Part shown: piece by piece, positions 12,187 to 23,635 of the stretch
How the letters are laid out: every line of letters starts with the position of its first letter
Position numbering within the stretch: the stretch's first letter is position 1
Assembly: GCA_038087875.1 (NCBI GenBank)
Contig: JAXLNO010000482.1
Span: forward strand, 1-64,000
DNA from: Malacoraja senta
Taxonomy: Eukaryota
Length of the DNA stretch: 64,000 bases
Direction: 5' to 3'
Program-made: the position numbers and the translations under genes
Notes under the pieces: model-generated
What the model saw: only the letters and a program-made list of their open reading frames with translations
What the model was told of the DNA's origin: nothing
Database searches by the model: none

Positions 12187-13620
12187 TGCTCTGGGGAGTG
12201 TTGTGGAGCAGAGGGATCTAGGAGTGCAGGTGCATGGTTCCTTGACGGTGGAGTCGCAGGTAGATAGGGTGGTCAAAAAGGCGTTTTGGCACATTGGCCT
12301 TCATCAGCAGAGTATTGAGTATAGAAGTTGGGAGGTCATGCTGGAGTTGTATAAGACGTTGGTGAGGCCGCATTTAGAGTATTGTGCATAGTTCTGGCAC
12401 TGCGTTATAGGAAAGATGGAAAGGGTACAGAGAAGATTTACAAGGATGTTGCCAGGGCTAGAATGTCTGAGCCAGAGGGAGAGGTTGGGGCAGGCTGGGA
12501 CTCTATTCCTTGAAACATAGGAGGATGACGGGTGATTTTATTGCAGTGTATAAAATAATTAGAGGAATTGATCGGGTAGATTCACAGAGTCCCTTGCCCA
12601 GAGTAGGTGAATTGAGGACAAGAGCACAAAGGTTTAAGGTGAAGGGTAAAAGATTTAATAGGAATCTGAATGGGTAATTTTTTCACATAAAGGGTGGTTG
12701 GTTTATGGTACAAGTCAAGTCAAGTCAAGTGAGTTTATTGTCATGTGTCCCTGATAGGACAATGAAATTCTTGCTTTGCTTCAGCACAACATAACATAGT
12801 AGGCATTGACTACAAGGCATTCTATAAATATATACACACATGAATCAATATACTGATAAAGTGCAAATAACAGTATTGGCTAATAAAGTTCAGTGTTTTG
12901 TCCGAGCCAGGTTTAATAGCCTGATGGCTGTGGGGAAGTAGCTGTTCCTGAACCTGGTCGTTGCAGTCTTCAGGCTCCTGTACCTTCTACCTGAAGGTAG
13001 TAGGGAGATGAGTGTGTGGCCAGGATGGTGTGGGTCCTTGATGATACTGCCAGCCTTTTTGAGGCAGCGACTGCGATAGATCCCCTCGATGGAAGGGAGG
13101 TCAGAGCCGATGATGGACTGGGCAGTGTTTACTACTTTTTGTACTCTTTTCCTCTCCAGGGCGCTCAAGTTGCCGAACCAAGCCACGATGCAACCGGTCA
13201 GCATGCTCTCTACTGTGCACCTGTAGAAGTTAGAGAGAGTCCTCCTTGACAAACCGACTCTCCGTAATCTTCTCAGGAAGTAGAGGCGCTGATGTGCTTT
13301 CTTAATAATGGCATCAGTGTTCTCGGACCAGGAAAGATCTTCAGAGATGTGCACGCCCAGGAATTTGAAGCTCTTGACCCTTTCAACCATCGACCCGTTG
13401 ATATAAACTAGCTACCAGAGGAGGTAGTTGAGGCAGGGACTATCCCAACATTTAAGAAACAGTTAGTCAGGAACATGGATAGGACAGGTTTGGAGGGATA
13501 TGGACCAAATTCAGGCAGATGGGACTAGTGTAGCTGGGACATGTTGGCCGGTGTGGGCAAGTTGGGCCGAAGGGCCTGTTTCCACACTGTGTCACTCTGT
13601 GACTCTATGACTCTACGACC
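12187..13620 (+). mobile_element. CR1 LINE 3' part interrupted by a Rex1-type insertion
   Basis: [22 protein letters not shown]. Broken at ~12713 and resumes at ~13408. Confidence 0.8.
12714..13407 (-). mobile_element. Rex1/Babar-type LINE 3' fragment
   Basis: ORF 12890..13390 (VERVKSFKFLGVHISEDLSW...KKAHQRLYFLRRL...LPSGRRYRS) and (GACTT)n tail. Confidence 0.9.
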
Positions 13621-13985
13621 ATCATAAAACAAAGTTACAAAATATTCGTAACACTAAATTATTAAATGACTATGTTACAATTCTGGTCCAGGATTCATTC
13701 ATCATCGGTCCCAGAAATCCCCCATTGCGCCGGTGGACAATGGAATAAAGGGATATGGGGAAAAAGCAGGAACGGGGTGCTGATTTTGGATGATGAGCCA
13801 TGATCATATTGAATGGCGGTGCTGGTTCCGAGGGGATGCACCTATTTTCGATGTTTCTAGGGCATCAGGGCACCCAGGCACGGACGTAACCCCGGTGAAG
13901 GGGCAGGCAGTCGGCTTGGAAGAAAGCTAATTGTTGGCAAAATGGAGGAGTTGGGAAGGTGGGGAGGGACGGGGAACAGCAGAAG

Positions 13986-14312
13986 CTTCTTCTTCTTCTT
14001 GCGAATGAAACATAAACCAAAGGAATAGTTAGATCTCAAGCCGGGTGTTGAGCAGCCAGGTTGTTGTCTCTGTTGGCGTCAATGTCTACCAGGCCCTGAC
14101 ACAGCTCCATTTGGTGGGTGGTAGAGCGGGCACCCAGAGATGACACGGTTGGCTGTCTGTTGTTCTGCTCCACATTCACAGGCTGGGCTCTGGCAGAGCC
14201 CCCATCTCCACATGCTGGCATTGAAACGCCCAACTCCAGTACCAAGTCTGTTGAGCTTCACCCATGCTCCTCTGGGGAGATCAGACCATAGAAGCAAGAT
14301 TCCATTATCCAT
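13986..14312 (-). mobile_element. Vingi/Ingi-type LINE 3' fragment
   Basis: DLPRGAWVKLNRLGTGVGRFNASMWRWGLCQSPACECGAEQQTANRVISGCP resembles the C-terminal CCHC-type region of Ingi/Vingi ORFs. Tail CATTCGC(AAG)n. Confidence 0.7.
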
Positions 14313-14494
14313 CGCTATATGTCAGACTATGGATATGCCATTTTGTCACATTTTGTCTGTGATTCATATTTGATAAATGTGACAATGCCAGGCATAATTG
14401 AGAATCATGCTCAAAGCTCTTCCATGTCAAAAACTCTCATAACCACTGAAATATTTGTAACTTATGATATCTTTACTTAAGATTTTTTTCATTT

Positions 14495-15290
14495 TTAGTT
14501 TTAGTTTTAGAGATAGAGCGTGGGGAAACAGGCCCTTCGGCCCACCGAGTGCATGCTGACCAACGATCACCCGTACACTAATTCCATCCCACACACAAGT
14601 GACAATTTACAGGAGCCAATCAACCTACAAGCCTGCATGTCTTCGGAATGGGGGAGGAAACCGGAGCACCCGGAGAAAACCCACGCGGTCGCAGGGAGAA
14701 CGTGCTAACTCTGTACAGACAGCACCCGAGGTCAGGATCAAGCCTGGTTCAATGGTGCTGTAAGGCAGCAACTCTACCACTGCACTGCTGTGATCTTGCC
14801 TTGCTGGCACAATGCAGTTCAAACCAACTTTACCCCATGGCAATCCATTCTCTCTCCTTTTTTATCTTCTCATTATCTCTGTTTCATTGTTTTACTCTCT
14901 AACCTCCCTCGCTCTTTTCCCTCTTGCTTGCTTTGATTGAAGGTGCCATGATAGCCACCAAAGTCAGTTTATTTAGGCTTAGTTCAGAGATACAACGCGG
15001 AAACAGGCCCTTCGGCCCACCGAGTCCGTGCTGGCCAGCGATCCCCGCACACAAACACTATCCTACACCCACTGGGGACACTATTCACATTTATACCAAG
15101 TCAAGTAACCTATAAACCTGTATGTCTTTGGAGTGTGGGAGTGAACAGGAGCACCCGGAGAAAACCCACGCAGGTCACGGGGAGAACGCACAAACTCTGC
15201 ACCGAAAGAACCCGTAGTCGGCATCAAACCCGGGTCTCTGGCGTTGTAAGCGCTGGAAGGCAGCAACTCTACTGCTGCGCCTCTGTGCTG
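14495..15290 (-). mobile_element. Two V-SINE copies (~14495-14790, ~14975-15290)
   Basis: V-domain and tRNA-like heads. Confidence 0.8.
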
Positions 15291-15384
15291 CCTACACTGT
15301 GCCATTGTTTCCTGCTTGGACATATGACAGCTTGTGGCATTTTTGGGATGGAGTTTGAACTTAGCAGCTGAATGTTATATTGCA

Positions 15385-15985
15385 TTACCTTGCCGGAGAC
15401 GCGATTGTTTTCCGGATCGTATCTCCGGTCGCTCTGCGGCCTAACATCATGGAGCTGGAGGCCTTGCTCGGGACTGACTTTGAGCCCCACCGCGGGGCGT
15501 GGACTTTACCATCGGATCCCTTGCCTAGGATCGACGCTCCAACCGCAGCCTGCGGATTTCAACATCGAGGAGCTCGCAGTCTCGGGTAGAGACCGATGTG
15601 GGGAAGCTCCAGTCGCAGAAGGTTTCGACGTGCCCCGACCTGGCGCGGGGGAGCTGAGATCCCCTCCCCCCCACCACCACCCGATGCAGGAGCTTGATCG
15701 CCCCGTTGCGGAGAGCCCAAACGCCACCGGCTACGGGAGCCAAGATCGTCCCATCAACGGAAGGCTCGAGGCCCCCGACCGCGGGAGAACAAAGAAGGGA
15801 AGAGATTGAACTTATTTTTCGCCTTCCTTCACAGTGAGGAATGTGGAGGAGTCACTGTGGTGGATGTTTATGTTAAAATGTATTTTGTGTGTTTTGTTGC
15901 TTTTTATTGGTTTGGCAGTATGGCAAATCAAATTCCTCATATGTTGCAAAACCTACTTGGCTAATAAAGTATGATTATGATTATG
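15385..15985 (+). mobile_element. GC-rich non-autonomous retroelement (family also at 23636-24489 and 55418-56238)
   Basis: Shared blocks ggcctaacatc(g/a)tggagc and gccttc..cacagtgagga. AATAAA plus microsatellite tail. Confidence 0.55.
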
Positions 15986-16139
15986 AAGTTACATGGCATA
16001 ATGCCTAACCTAGCAGCATGACCAATGCTGAAGGATACACAGGGGAATGAAGATGTTGGAACATTGAGCAAAATACAAAGCGCTGGAGGATCTTAGGAGG
16101 TTCCCTGAGGAGGGAAATGGACAGGTGCCAATTCAGGTT

Positions 16140-17095
16140 AATTGCAGAGAATTGTGGACGCAGCCAAGACCATCATGCAAACCAACCTCCCTTCTATTGA
16201 CTCCATCTACACTTCACGCTGCCTTGGCAAGGCCAGCAGCATAATCAAGGATAGGTCTCACCCTGGACATTTCTTCTTCGACCCGCTCCCATCGGGCAAG
16301 AGTTACAGCAGTGTGATAACGCACACATCCAGACCCAGGGACAGTTTCTGCCCAGCTGTTATCAGGGGAATATACCATCACCATCCTATCATCAACTCGA
16401 GAGCAGTCCTGAGCTACCATCTACCTTGTGAGAGACCTTGTGACTCTATTTAATCGGACTTTACTGGACTTTTATCTTGGACTAAACTTTACTCCTTTTA
16501 TCCTGTGGACGTACACTGTGGATGGCTCGATTGTAATCATGTATAGTATTTCCACTGACTTGATAGCACGAAATGAAAAAGCTTTTCACTGTACCTCAGT
16601 ACATGTGACAGTAACCTAAGCTAAACTAGAAGGTTTCTAAACTTCTAAGATCATCGGTTGCAGCACACTTCCCTCAGTGACATCACTTTACTCAACAAGA
16701 CTCACCAGAAAGGCCAAAAAAATCATAGCAGACCACTTTCACCCGGCACATCACCTCTTTAATCTCCTCCCATCAGGAAGGAGATATAGAAGCATTAAAA
16801 GTAAAACATCTCGCTTCAGAGACAGCACCTACCTCCAAGCCATCAGATATTTGAATTTGCACTAATCACTTTGCATTTTCTTTTGCACTCGCACCTACGT
16901 TTAACATGACGCTGCTGGGTACTGTCCTTCCTGTATATATTGTCCTTCGTACGATATTGTCTGTATTATTTATTATTTATTGTGGTGTATGTGGTGGATG
17001 TATTGTACTGAATTGTATCTGTCTGAGAGCGAACCAAGACACATTCCTATCAACTTGTTGACATGGCAATAAACTTCTTGAATCTTGAATCTTGA
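16140..17095 (+). mobile_element. Two Rex1/Babar-type 3' fragments
   Basis: ORFs 16142..16453 and 16677..16865 (KA..II.D..HP.H..F..LPSG), with microsatellite tails. Confidence 0.8.
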
Positions 17096-17347
17096 AGGGA
17101 GAAAATTGGTACAAGTACATGAGGGGAAGGCGTGAGGCAAACACTACCCATTCCATACACCTCTCTTCATCAGCTTTCTCACATCTAATTCAGCAGTCTA
17201 AAGAAGGGTCCAGACTCGAAAAGTCATCTGTCCAATGCTAAAGGAGACCCTGGATTAGAAAGGATGTCATGGGTTACAGGGTGAAGGCAGAAGAATGGGG
17301 TTGAGTGGGAAAGATAGATCAGCCGTGATTGAATGGCGGAGTAGACT

Positions 17348-17660
17348 TTAGTTTAGTTTCAGTTTAGAGATACAGCCCGGGAACAGGCCCTTTGGCCCAC
17401 CGGGTCCGCGCCGACCAGCGATCCCCGCACATTAACACTATCCTACACCCACTAGGGACAATTTTTACATTTACACCATGCCAATTAACCTACAAACCTG
17501 TACGTCTTTGGGATGTGGGAGGAAACCGAAGATCTCGGAGAGATCACGGGGAGAACGTACAAACTCCGTACAGGCAGCACCCGTAATCGGGGTCGAACCC
17601 CGGTCTCCGGCGCTGCATTGGCTGCAAGACAACAACTCTACCGCTGCGCCACCGTGACTG
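17348..17660 (-). mobile_element. V-SINE
   Basis: A/B boxes, V-domain, tail. Confidence 0.8.
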
Positions 17661-18416
17661 CCCAAGACCTGATGGGACGAATGGCCTACTTCTGCTCCTA
17701 GAACCTATGAATTTACGAAGTAACATTCCCAATAAAGATCTGCAACATCTCAGGAACATACACGACAGTCTACCTAAGATTCTGGCTGTGGAAGCCCAAG
17801 AAAGGGAAGACATTTGGAAAAAAATCTGTTGCATGTGCAGGGGAGAATAATGGAAATCTGTTTGTGATTATTCAAGAGTAATTTAGTAAAGGGTCAGTTA
17901 TTTTGGAGTAATCGTAGTAATAATCCAATCAAAGTATTTGGATGCAGAAGTCTGAATTAAGATATTATTCATCAGTATCAAGAGCATGTAATTGAGATTA
18001 GCAACGGTTCCAATGTCCTAATTTTTAAACTAACTTTCTCAGCAGAGTCTCTGCCAAATCCATTCAGGAAATATTACTCTCCGAAATAGTTTGCTTCCTT
18101 ACAACCAATCTGGCTCTGACACCACTAATGAAGGATGACAACCTCCAGGCCCTTTACTCTGATTCTTATAGGAAACATTCCCTCTTAATTTCAGAGTAGT
18201 TCCATTTATTCATGGGAAATAGATATTGATGTAACGTTGGGCGGCATGGTGGCGCAGCGGTAGAGTTGCTGCCTTGCAGCGCCAGAGATCCGGGTTCGAT
18301 CCTGACTACGGGTGCTTGTCTGTACGGAGTTTGTACGTTCTCCCCGTGATCACGTGGGTTTTCCCCGGGAGCTCCGGTTTCCCCCCATACTCCAAGAGAC
18401 GAACAGGCTTGTAGGC

Positions 18417-18558
18417 CCTTCTTCTTCTTGCGTATGGCGTGCACAGCCTAAAGTTGCAGGACAACTTGTTCCATTTGATCTTATTTGATTGTGCACGCCA
18501 GGTTGATTGCATTCGTCAAAACAAGGCGGACCACGTGAAGGTTGCAATCTCCCACCCC
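18417..18558 (-). mobile_element. Short non-autonomous (Vingi-like) retroelement with 5' HDV-like ribozyme and (GAA)n tail
   Basis: 11-bp TSD GGCTTGTAGGC (18406-18416 / 18559-18569). Tail CATACGCAAGAAGAAGAAG. Confidence 0.8.
18505..18558 (-). ncRNA. Minimal HDV-like self-cleaving ribozyme (predicted)
   Basis: GGGGUGG(P1) GA GAUUGCA(P2) ACC(P3) UUCACGU(L3) GGU(P3') CCGCCUU(P1') G UUUUGA CGAA(J4/2) UGCAAUC(P2'). Double pseudoknot assigned by hand. Confidence 0.7.
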
Positions 18559-18974
18559 GGCTTGTAGGCTAATTGGCCTGGTATAATTGTGAATTATCCC
18601 TTGTGTGTGTAGGATAGTGTTAGTGTGCGGGGATCGCTGGTCAGCGCGGACTCGGTGGGCCAAAGGGACTGTTTCCGCGCTGTATCTCTGAAACTAAACT
18701 AAACTATGAAGGATCTCAGTGTAGAAACAATGAACTGCAGAAACTGGTTGACACAAAAGGGCACAGAGTGCTGGAGTAACTCAGCGGGTCAGGCAGCATC
18801 TCCAGAGAACACGGACAGGTGATTTTCAATTCAAATTCAGACTTTAGAAATACAGCGTAGAAAGAGGACCATTGGACCATCATGTCCACGTCGATCAATG
18901 AACACCCCTTACACCAGTTCCATCGCACGCACAGGGGGCAATATGCAGAAGTCAATTAACCTCCTCTAGTATCT

Positions 18975-19465
18975 TTGATCAGTACCCCGTTTCTGCCTTC
19001 TCCCTATATCCCTTGACTCCTCTATCTTTAAGAGATCTATCTAACTCTCTCTTGAAAGCCTCCAGAGAATTGGCCTCCACTGCCTTGTGAGGCAGAGAAT
19101 TCCACAGATTCACAACTCTCTGGGTGAAAATGTTTTTCCTCATCTCTGTTCTAAATGGCTTACCCCTTATTCTTAAACTGTAGCCCCTGGCTCTGGACTC
19201 CCCAACATCGGGAACATGTTTCCTGCCTCTAGTGTGTCCAAACCCTTAATAATCATAAAAGTTTCAATAAGATGCCCTCTCATCCTTTTAAATTCCAGCG
19301 TGCACAAGCCCAGCCGCTCCATTCTATCAACATATGACAGTCCCGCCATCCCGGGAATTAACCTTGTGAACCTACGCTGCACTCCCTCAATAGCAAGAAT
19401 GTGTCCTTCCGCAAATTTGGAGACCAAAACTGCACACAGGTGCGGTCTCACTAGGGCCCTGTACA
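18975..19465 (-). mobile_element. CR1 LINE 3' fragment
   Basis: ORF 19173..19451. Confidence 0.85.
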
Positions 19466-19625
19466 GGCAATCTCAGGTAAATAAAACCATAGAATGATAC
19501 AGTACGGAAACAGGCCCTTTGGCCCAACACATCCATGCCAACACAATACCCATATACATGAGTCCCATTTTCCTGTGTTTGACTCATATTTCTCTAAATG
19601 TTTCCTACCCATGATCCTGTCCAAA

Positions 19626-20180
19626 TCTATACTATTACTAAAACTCTCATCTTGACCACTTCCCGTCTTGCGCTAAAGCGATCCCCCATAGCGCTATGAT
19701 TTTTCGCCACCTTACTCACCATTCTCCTCTGCTGCAAGTCAAATAAGTTTTGTTCCGATCGGTGAAATAGTACAAAAGTTATGAATGTTTAAAAATCGTG
19801 AAAACCACCCCTTCCGGAAGCCGCTGTCAATAACGCGGCAAGTTAAATAAAAAGCTGAAGGGCCAGAGTGTGTTGAGCAGCTCGCGGGGTCAGCAGCTCA
19901 CAGAGAGTCAGCAGCTCGCGGGCTGCTTCTGCGGGGACCAGCATGACCAGCTGGAAGCTGATGAGTTGAACCGGAAGCTGATGAGTGAAGCCGGAGTGGG
20001 ACCGGGATCTGCTGCGTGAGGCCGAAAGCTCAAGGTGCGTGGTGAGCAGAGTGCGGGCACCCACCTCCCCAAATCCCCCCTCCCCCACCCCCCTTCCCCA
20101 CCACCCTTCCCCCACACACACCCTCCCCCACACACCCCCTCCCCCACACCCTCTGCCCCTCCCCCACACACACCCCCAGT
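19626..20180 (+). mobile_element. Possible Helitron-derived non-autonomous fragment
   Basis: Begins A|TCTATACTATTACTAAAA (Helitron-like 5' end) inside a CR1 tail. GC-rich interior and C/A-rich tract. No CTAG 3' end seen. Confidence 0.35.
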
Positions 20181-20576
20181 CAAAGGACAATCAAAATCTG
20201 TGCCTTTTCAGTTCCCCCAACCTTGGGAAATATGGTCTATGCATCTATGCTCTTCATGACTATACATCTATTTAAAATTACCCCTCAGTCTACTAAGCTC
20301 CATTTGGTGGTGTCTCCATTGAGACACTTCTGCAGCCTGCGTGTCAGGGGAGAGGGAAACAAGAGATATGGAAGAAGAAGCAGAAGAAGAAGAAGAAGAA
20401 GAAGAAGAAGGTATACTAATCTCCAAAGAATAAAGTCGAGGAGTGCCCATCCTCTCTCTATAGCTCAGGCCCTCGAATCTTGGCAACATACGCGTAAATC
20501 TTCTTTGCCCTCTTTCCAGCCTATTGCTATCTTCCCTATAGCAGAGGCGGCATGGTGGCACAGCGGTAGAGTTACT

Positions 20577-20643
20577 GGCCCCATAGCAGAAGCTTCCACA
20601 TCGCGGGAGCTGGAAACTGGAAGTATCCCCAGCTAATTCTGCT
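20577..20643 (+). ncRNA. HDV-like ribozyme (predicted, partly decayed)
   Basis: P1 GGC-CCC/GGGAGCU (one bulge); P2 AGCAGAA/UUCUGCU perfect; P3 GCU/CGC (one mismatch); L3 UCCACAU; J1/4 GG; P4 CUGG/CCAG; J4/2 CUAA. Confidence 0.6.
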
Positions 20644-20774
20644 GCCACCATCATCTACTGCACAAGTGATGGCTCCCACTGATTGTCGCCGGAAGCTTGC
20701 GTCCTTTTCAGGACGGACGATGACAGCGAGGTGAACATTTGAAACATGGAAGATGGACACGAAAAGAAGAAGAA
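20577..20774 (+). mobile_element. Second short non-autonomous retroelement with 5' HDV-like ribozyme and (GAA)n tail
   Basis: 12-bp TSD GGTAGAGTT(A/G)CT (20565-20576 / 20775-20786). Tail CACGAAAAGAAGAAGAA. Confidence 0.78.
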
Positions 20775-21334
20775 GGTAGAGTTGCTGCAAGAGCGGCAGA
20801 GAACCGGGTTCCATCCCGACTACGGGTGCTGCCTGTGTGGAATTTGTACCAACTCCCTGTGACCTGCGTGGGTTTTCTCCGGGTGCTCCGGTTTCCTCCC
20901 ACACTCCAAAGGCGTGCATGTTTGTAGGTTAATTGGCTTCGGTAAAATCGAAAATTGTCTCTCGTGTGTAAGGTAGTCCCAGTGATCGTTGGTTGGCATG
21001 AACTCGGTGGGCCGGGGGGGGGCAGTTTCCGTGATGTATCTCTAAAGTCTAAATTCTAACGGGTGACAAAAACTGAACACAATACTCCAAATACGGCCTC
21101 ACCAAGTAGTTGCATTGCAAGAGCAAAGAAGGCAACAGACCTGATGCAGGTGAACGGGAATAGTGAAAGTGGGCAGCATGGACCAGGCAGGCCGAATGGC
21201 CTGTTTCAATACTGAGCAACTTGTGATTCTAGGATATCAATGGAGTCTGCCTTTGTGAAAGATAAAATTACCCATCTCTCTCTTTGCCATGATCTTTGAT
21301 GCTTCAACTGAATGCAAAAAGGGTAAAATATGTT

Positions 21335-21622
21335 TTAGTTTTAGTTTTTGAGATACAGCACGGAAACAGGCTCTTCGGCCCACCGAGTCCGCGCCGACCA
21401 GCGACCCGACCCCCGCACACTAACACTATCCGACACACACCAGGGACAATTTACAATTTTGCCAAGCCTTCAAACCTGTACGTCTTTGGAGCGTGGATGA
21501 AAACTGGAGGGCTCGGAGAAAACCCACGTGTTCACAGGGAGAACGTGCAAACACCGTACAGAGAGCGCCCGTGGTCAGGATCGAACCCGGGTCCCTGGCG
21601 CTGTAAGGCGGCAACTCTACCG
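21335..21622 (-). mobile_element. V-SINE
   Basis: B box, V-domain, tail. Confidence 0.8.
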
Positions 21623-21930
21623 TGGAAAACAATTCTACCGAGGAGAAATTGGCTGTCGTTATGCCTGGGGCTCTTCAGAAAGAACGGCAGCATAGTCTAA
21701 GGAGAGCTTTAACAGAGGTAATGAACAGAGGTAATAAGCAAAACCTCTTTCCAGCTGCAGGGAAGCTGAAATCCAGATGTTACCACTTTGGAATGAATGG
21801 AGAAAGAACCAGGAGGGAAATGAAGATAATGTTTTAATTCTGTGAGGCACTGTATTCATTGTCTGAAATGTTCATGGAAACAGGACACAAAATGCTGGAG
21901 TAACTCAGCAGGTCAGTCAGCATCTCTGGA

Positions 21931-22413
21931 TGGTTAATTCCAGGGATGGCGGGACTGTCATATGCTGAGAAAATGGAGCGGCTGGGCTTATACACTCTGG
22001 AGTTTAGGATGAGAGGGGATCTTATTGAAACATATAAGATTGTTAAGGGTTTGGACACGCTAGAGGCAGGGAACATGTTCCCGATGTTGGGGGAGTCCAG
22101 AACCAGGGTCCACCCATTTAAGAATAAGGGGTAAGCCATTTAGAACGGAGACGAGGAAACACTTTTTCTCACAAAGAGTGGTGAGTCTGTGGAATTCTCT
22201 GCCTCAGAGGGCGGTGGAGGCAGGTTCTCTGGATGCTTTCAAGAGAGAGCTAGATAGGGCTCTTAAAGATAGCGGAGTCTGGGGATATGGGGAGAAGGCA
22301 GGAACGGGGTACTGATTGGGGATGATCAGCCATGATCACATAGAATGGCGGTGCTGGCTCGAAGGGCCGAATGGCCTACTTCTGCACCTATTGTCTATTG
22401 TCTATTGTCTATT
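21931..22413 (+). mobile_element. CR1 3' fragment inserted in a Penelope-derived element
   Basis: ORF 21946..22134 and (CTATTGT)n tail. Host sequence gcatctctgga|gataggaatgggtgacg rejoins. Confidence 0.85.
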
Positions 22414-22780
22414 GATAGGAATGGGTGACGTTTTGGATTGAGACACTTCTGCAGACTGAGAGTCAGGGGAGAGGGAAAGGAGAGATATGGAAGGGTCACG
22501 TGTGAAAACGAGAGATCAAAGAGGACCAATTTCCCGGAAAATGTAGAAAGATCATTGTTGGCTTGGGGAAGCTGACCATGAAGCATATAAAGTAAAATGT
22601 AATCAGGAGGACCGTCAAATTAACCAGAGAACTAGGGTGGGGGAGGGACAGAGAGAGGGGAGGGGAGGTAAGGCTTACTTGAAGTTAAAGAAGTCAATAT
22701 TCATACTGCTGGATTGTAAGTTGCCCAAGCTAAATATGAGGTGCTGTTCCTCCAATTGCCGTTTGACCTCACTCTGACAC
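22414..22780 (-). mobile_element. Penelope-like element 3' remnant
   Basis: QSEVKRQLEEQHLIFSLGNLQSSSMNIDFFNFK on the minus strand plus pLTR-like segment. Confidence 0.65.
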
Positions 22781-22892
22781 ATATCCACAGCAACTATCAC
22801 AATGAAAACCAAAACTGGCTCAAAAAAGATAGATGCAAGTTTCCATGGATAATGAAGGTAGTTTTTTCGAAACGTGTAGGAAGGAACTGCAA

Positions 22893-23180
22893 GGGCGGCA
22901 TGGTGGCGTAGTGGTAGAGTTGCTGCCTCACATCGCCAGTGACCCACGTTCGATCCCGACTACGGGTGCTGTCTGTACGGAGTTTGTACGTTCTCCCCGC
23001 GACCTGCGTGGGTTTTGTCCGGGTGCTCCGGTTTCCTCCAAAGGCATCCAGGTTTGTAGGGCAATTGGCTTGGTATAATTGTAAATTCTCCCTAGCGAGT
23101 GTAGGATAGTGTTAGTGTGCAGCGATCGCTGGTCGGCGCAGACTTGGTGGGCCGAAAGGCCTGTTTCCGCGCTGTATAAC
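22893..23180 (+). mobile_element. V-SINE
   Basis: A/B boxes, V-domain. Confidence 0.8.
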
Positions 23181-23635
23181 CAAAGATACACTCTCCTTGC
23201 ACTGAAGAAGGGTCCCGACCCAAAACGTCACCTATTCCTTTTCTCCAGAGATGCTGCCTGACCCACTGAGTTGCTCCATCCATAACTACACTGAGTTACT
23301 CCACCTTCACCTATTTCCTTTTCTCCAGAGATGCTGTCTGACCCGTTGAGTTACTTCAGCACTTTGTGTCTACCAGTCGTAGATTTTTCGAAGTTGTTTA
23401 AACAAGTTTGACGGGTCGGTTGGCCAGCTGCTTTTCATAAATGGTTCCTCTGCCAATGATTGATGGGGACAAGGCCATATCCTGACTACATTTGACATGT
23501 TTGGCACCAGCATCATCCATTACGTTGGTCGTTGTAGGTCCCAAACCAGCCTCCTGTGGAATCTGTGGAATTCTTTGGCACAGAAGTGCTGTGGAGGCCA
23601 ATTCAGTGGATATTTTTACGGCAGAGGTAGATACA

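Larger units (their letters stand above)
18238..18705 (+). mobile_element. V-SINE interrupted by the 18417-18558 insert
   Basis: Head 18238-18416, resumes at 18559. Confidence 0.85.
20546..21055 (+). mobile_element. V-SINE interrupted by the 20577-20774 insert
   Basis: Head GGCGGCATGGTGGCACAGCGGTAGAG, resumes at 20775. Confidence 0.8.

Noticed and set aside
20370..20410. (GAA)n tract as the tail of a third Vingi-like element
   Set aside because: No TSD or element body. It extends from a Penelope-derived fragment as a simple repeat.
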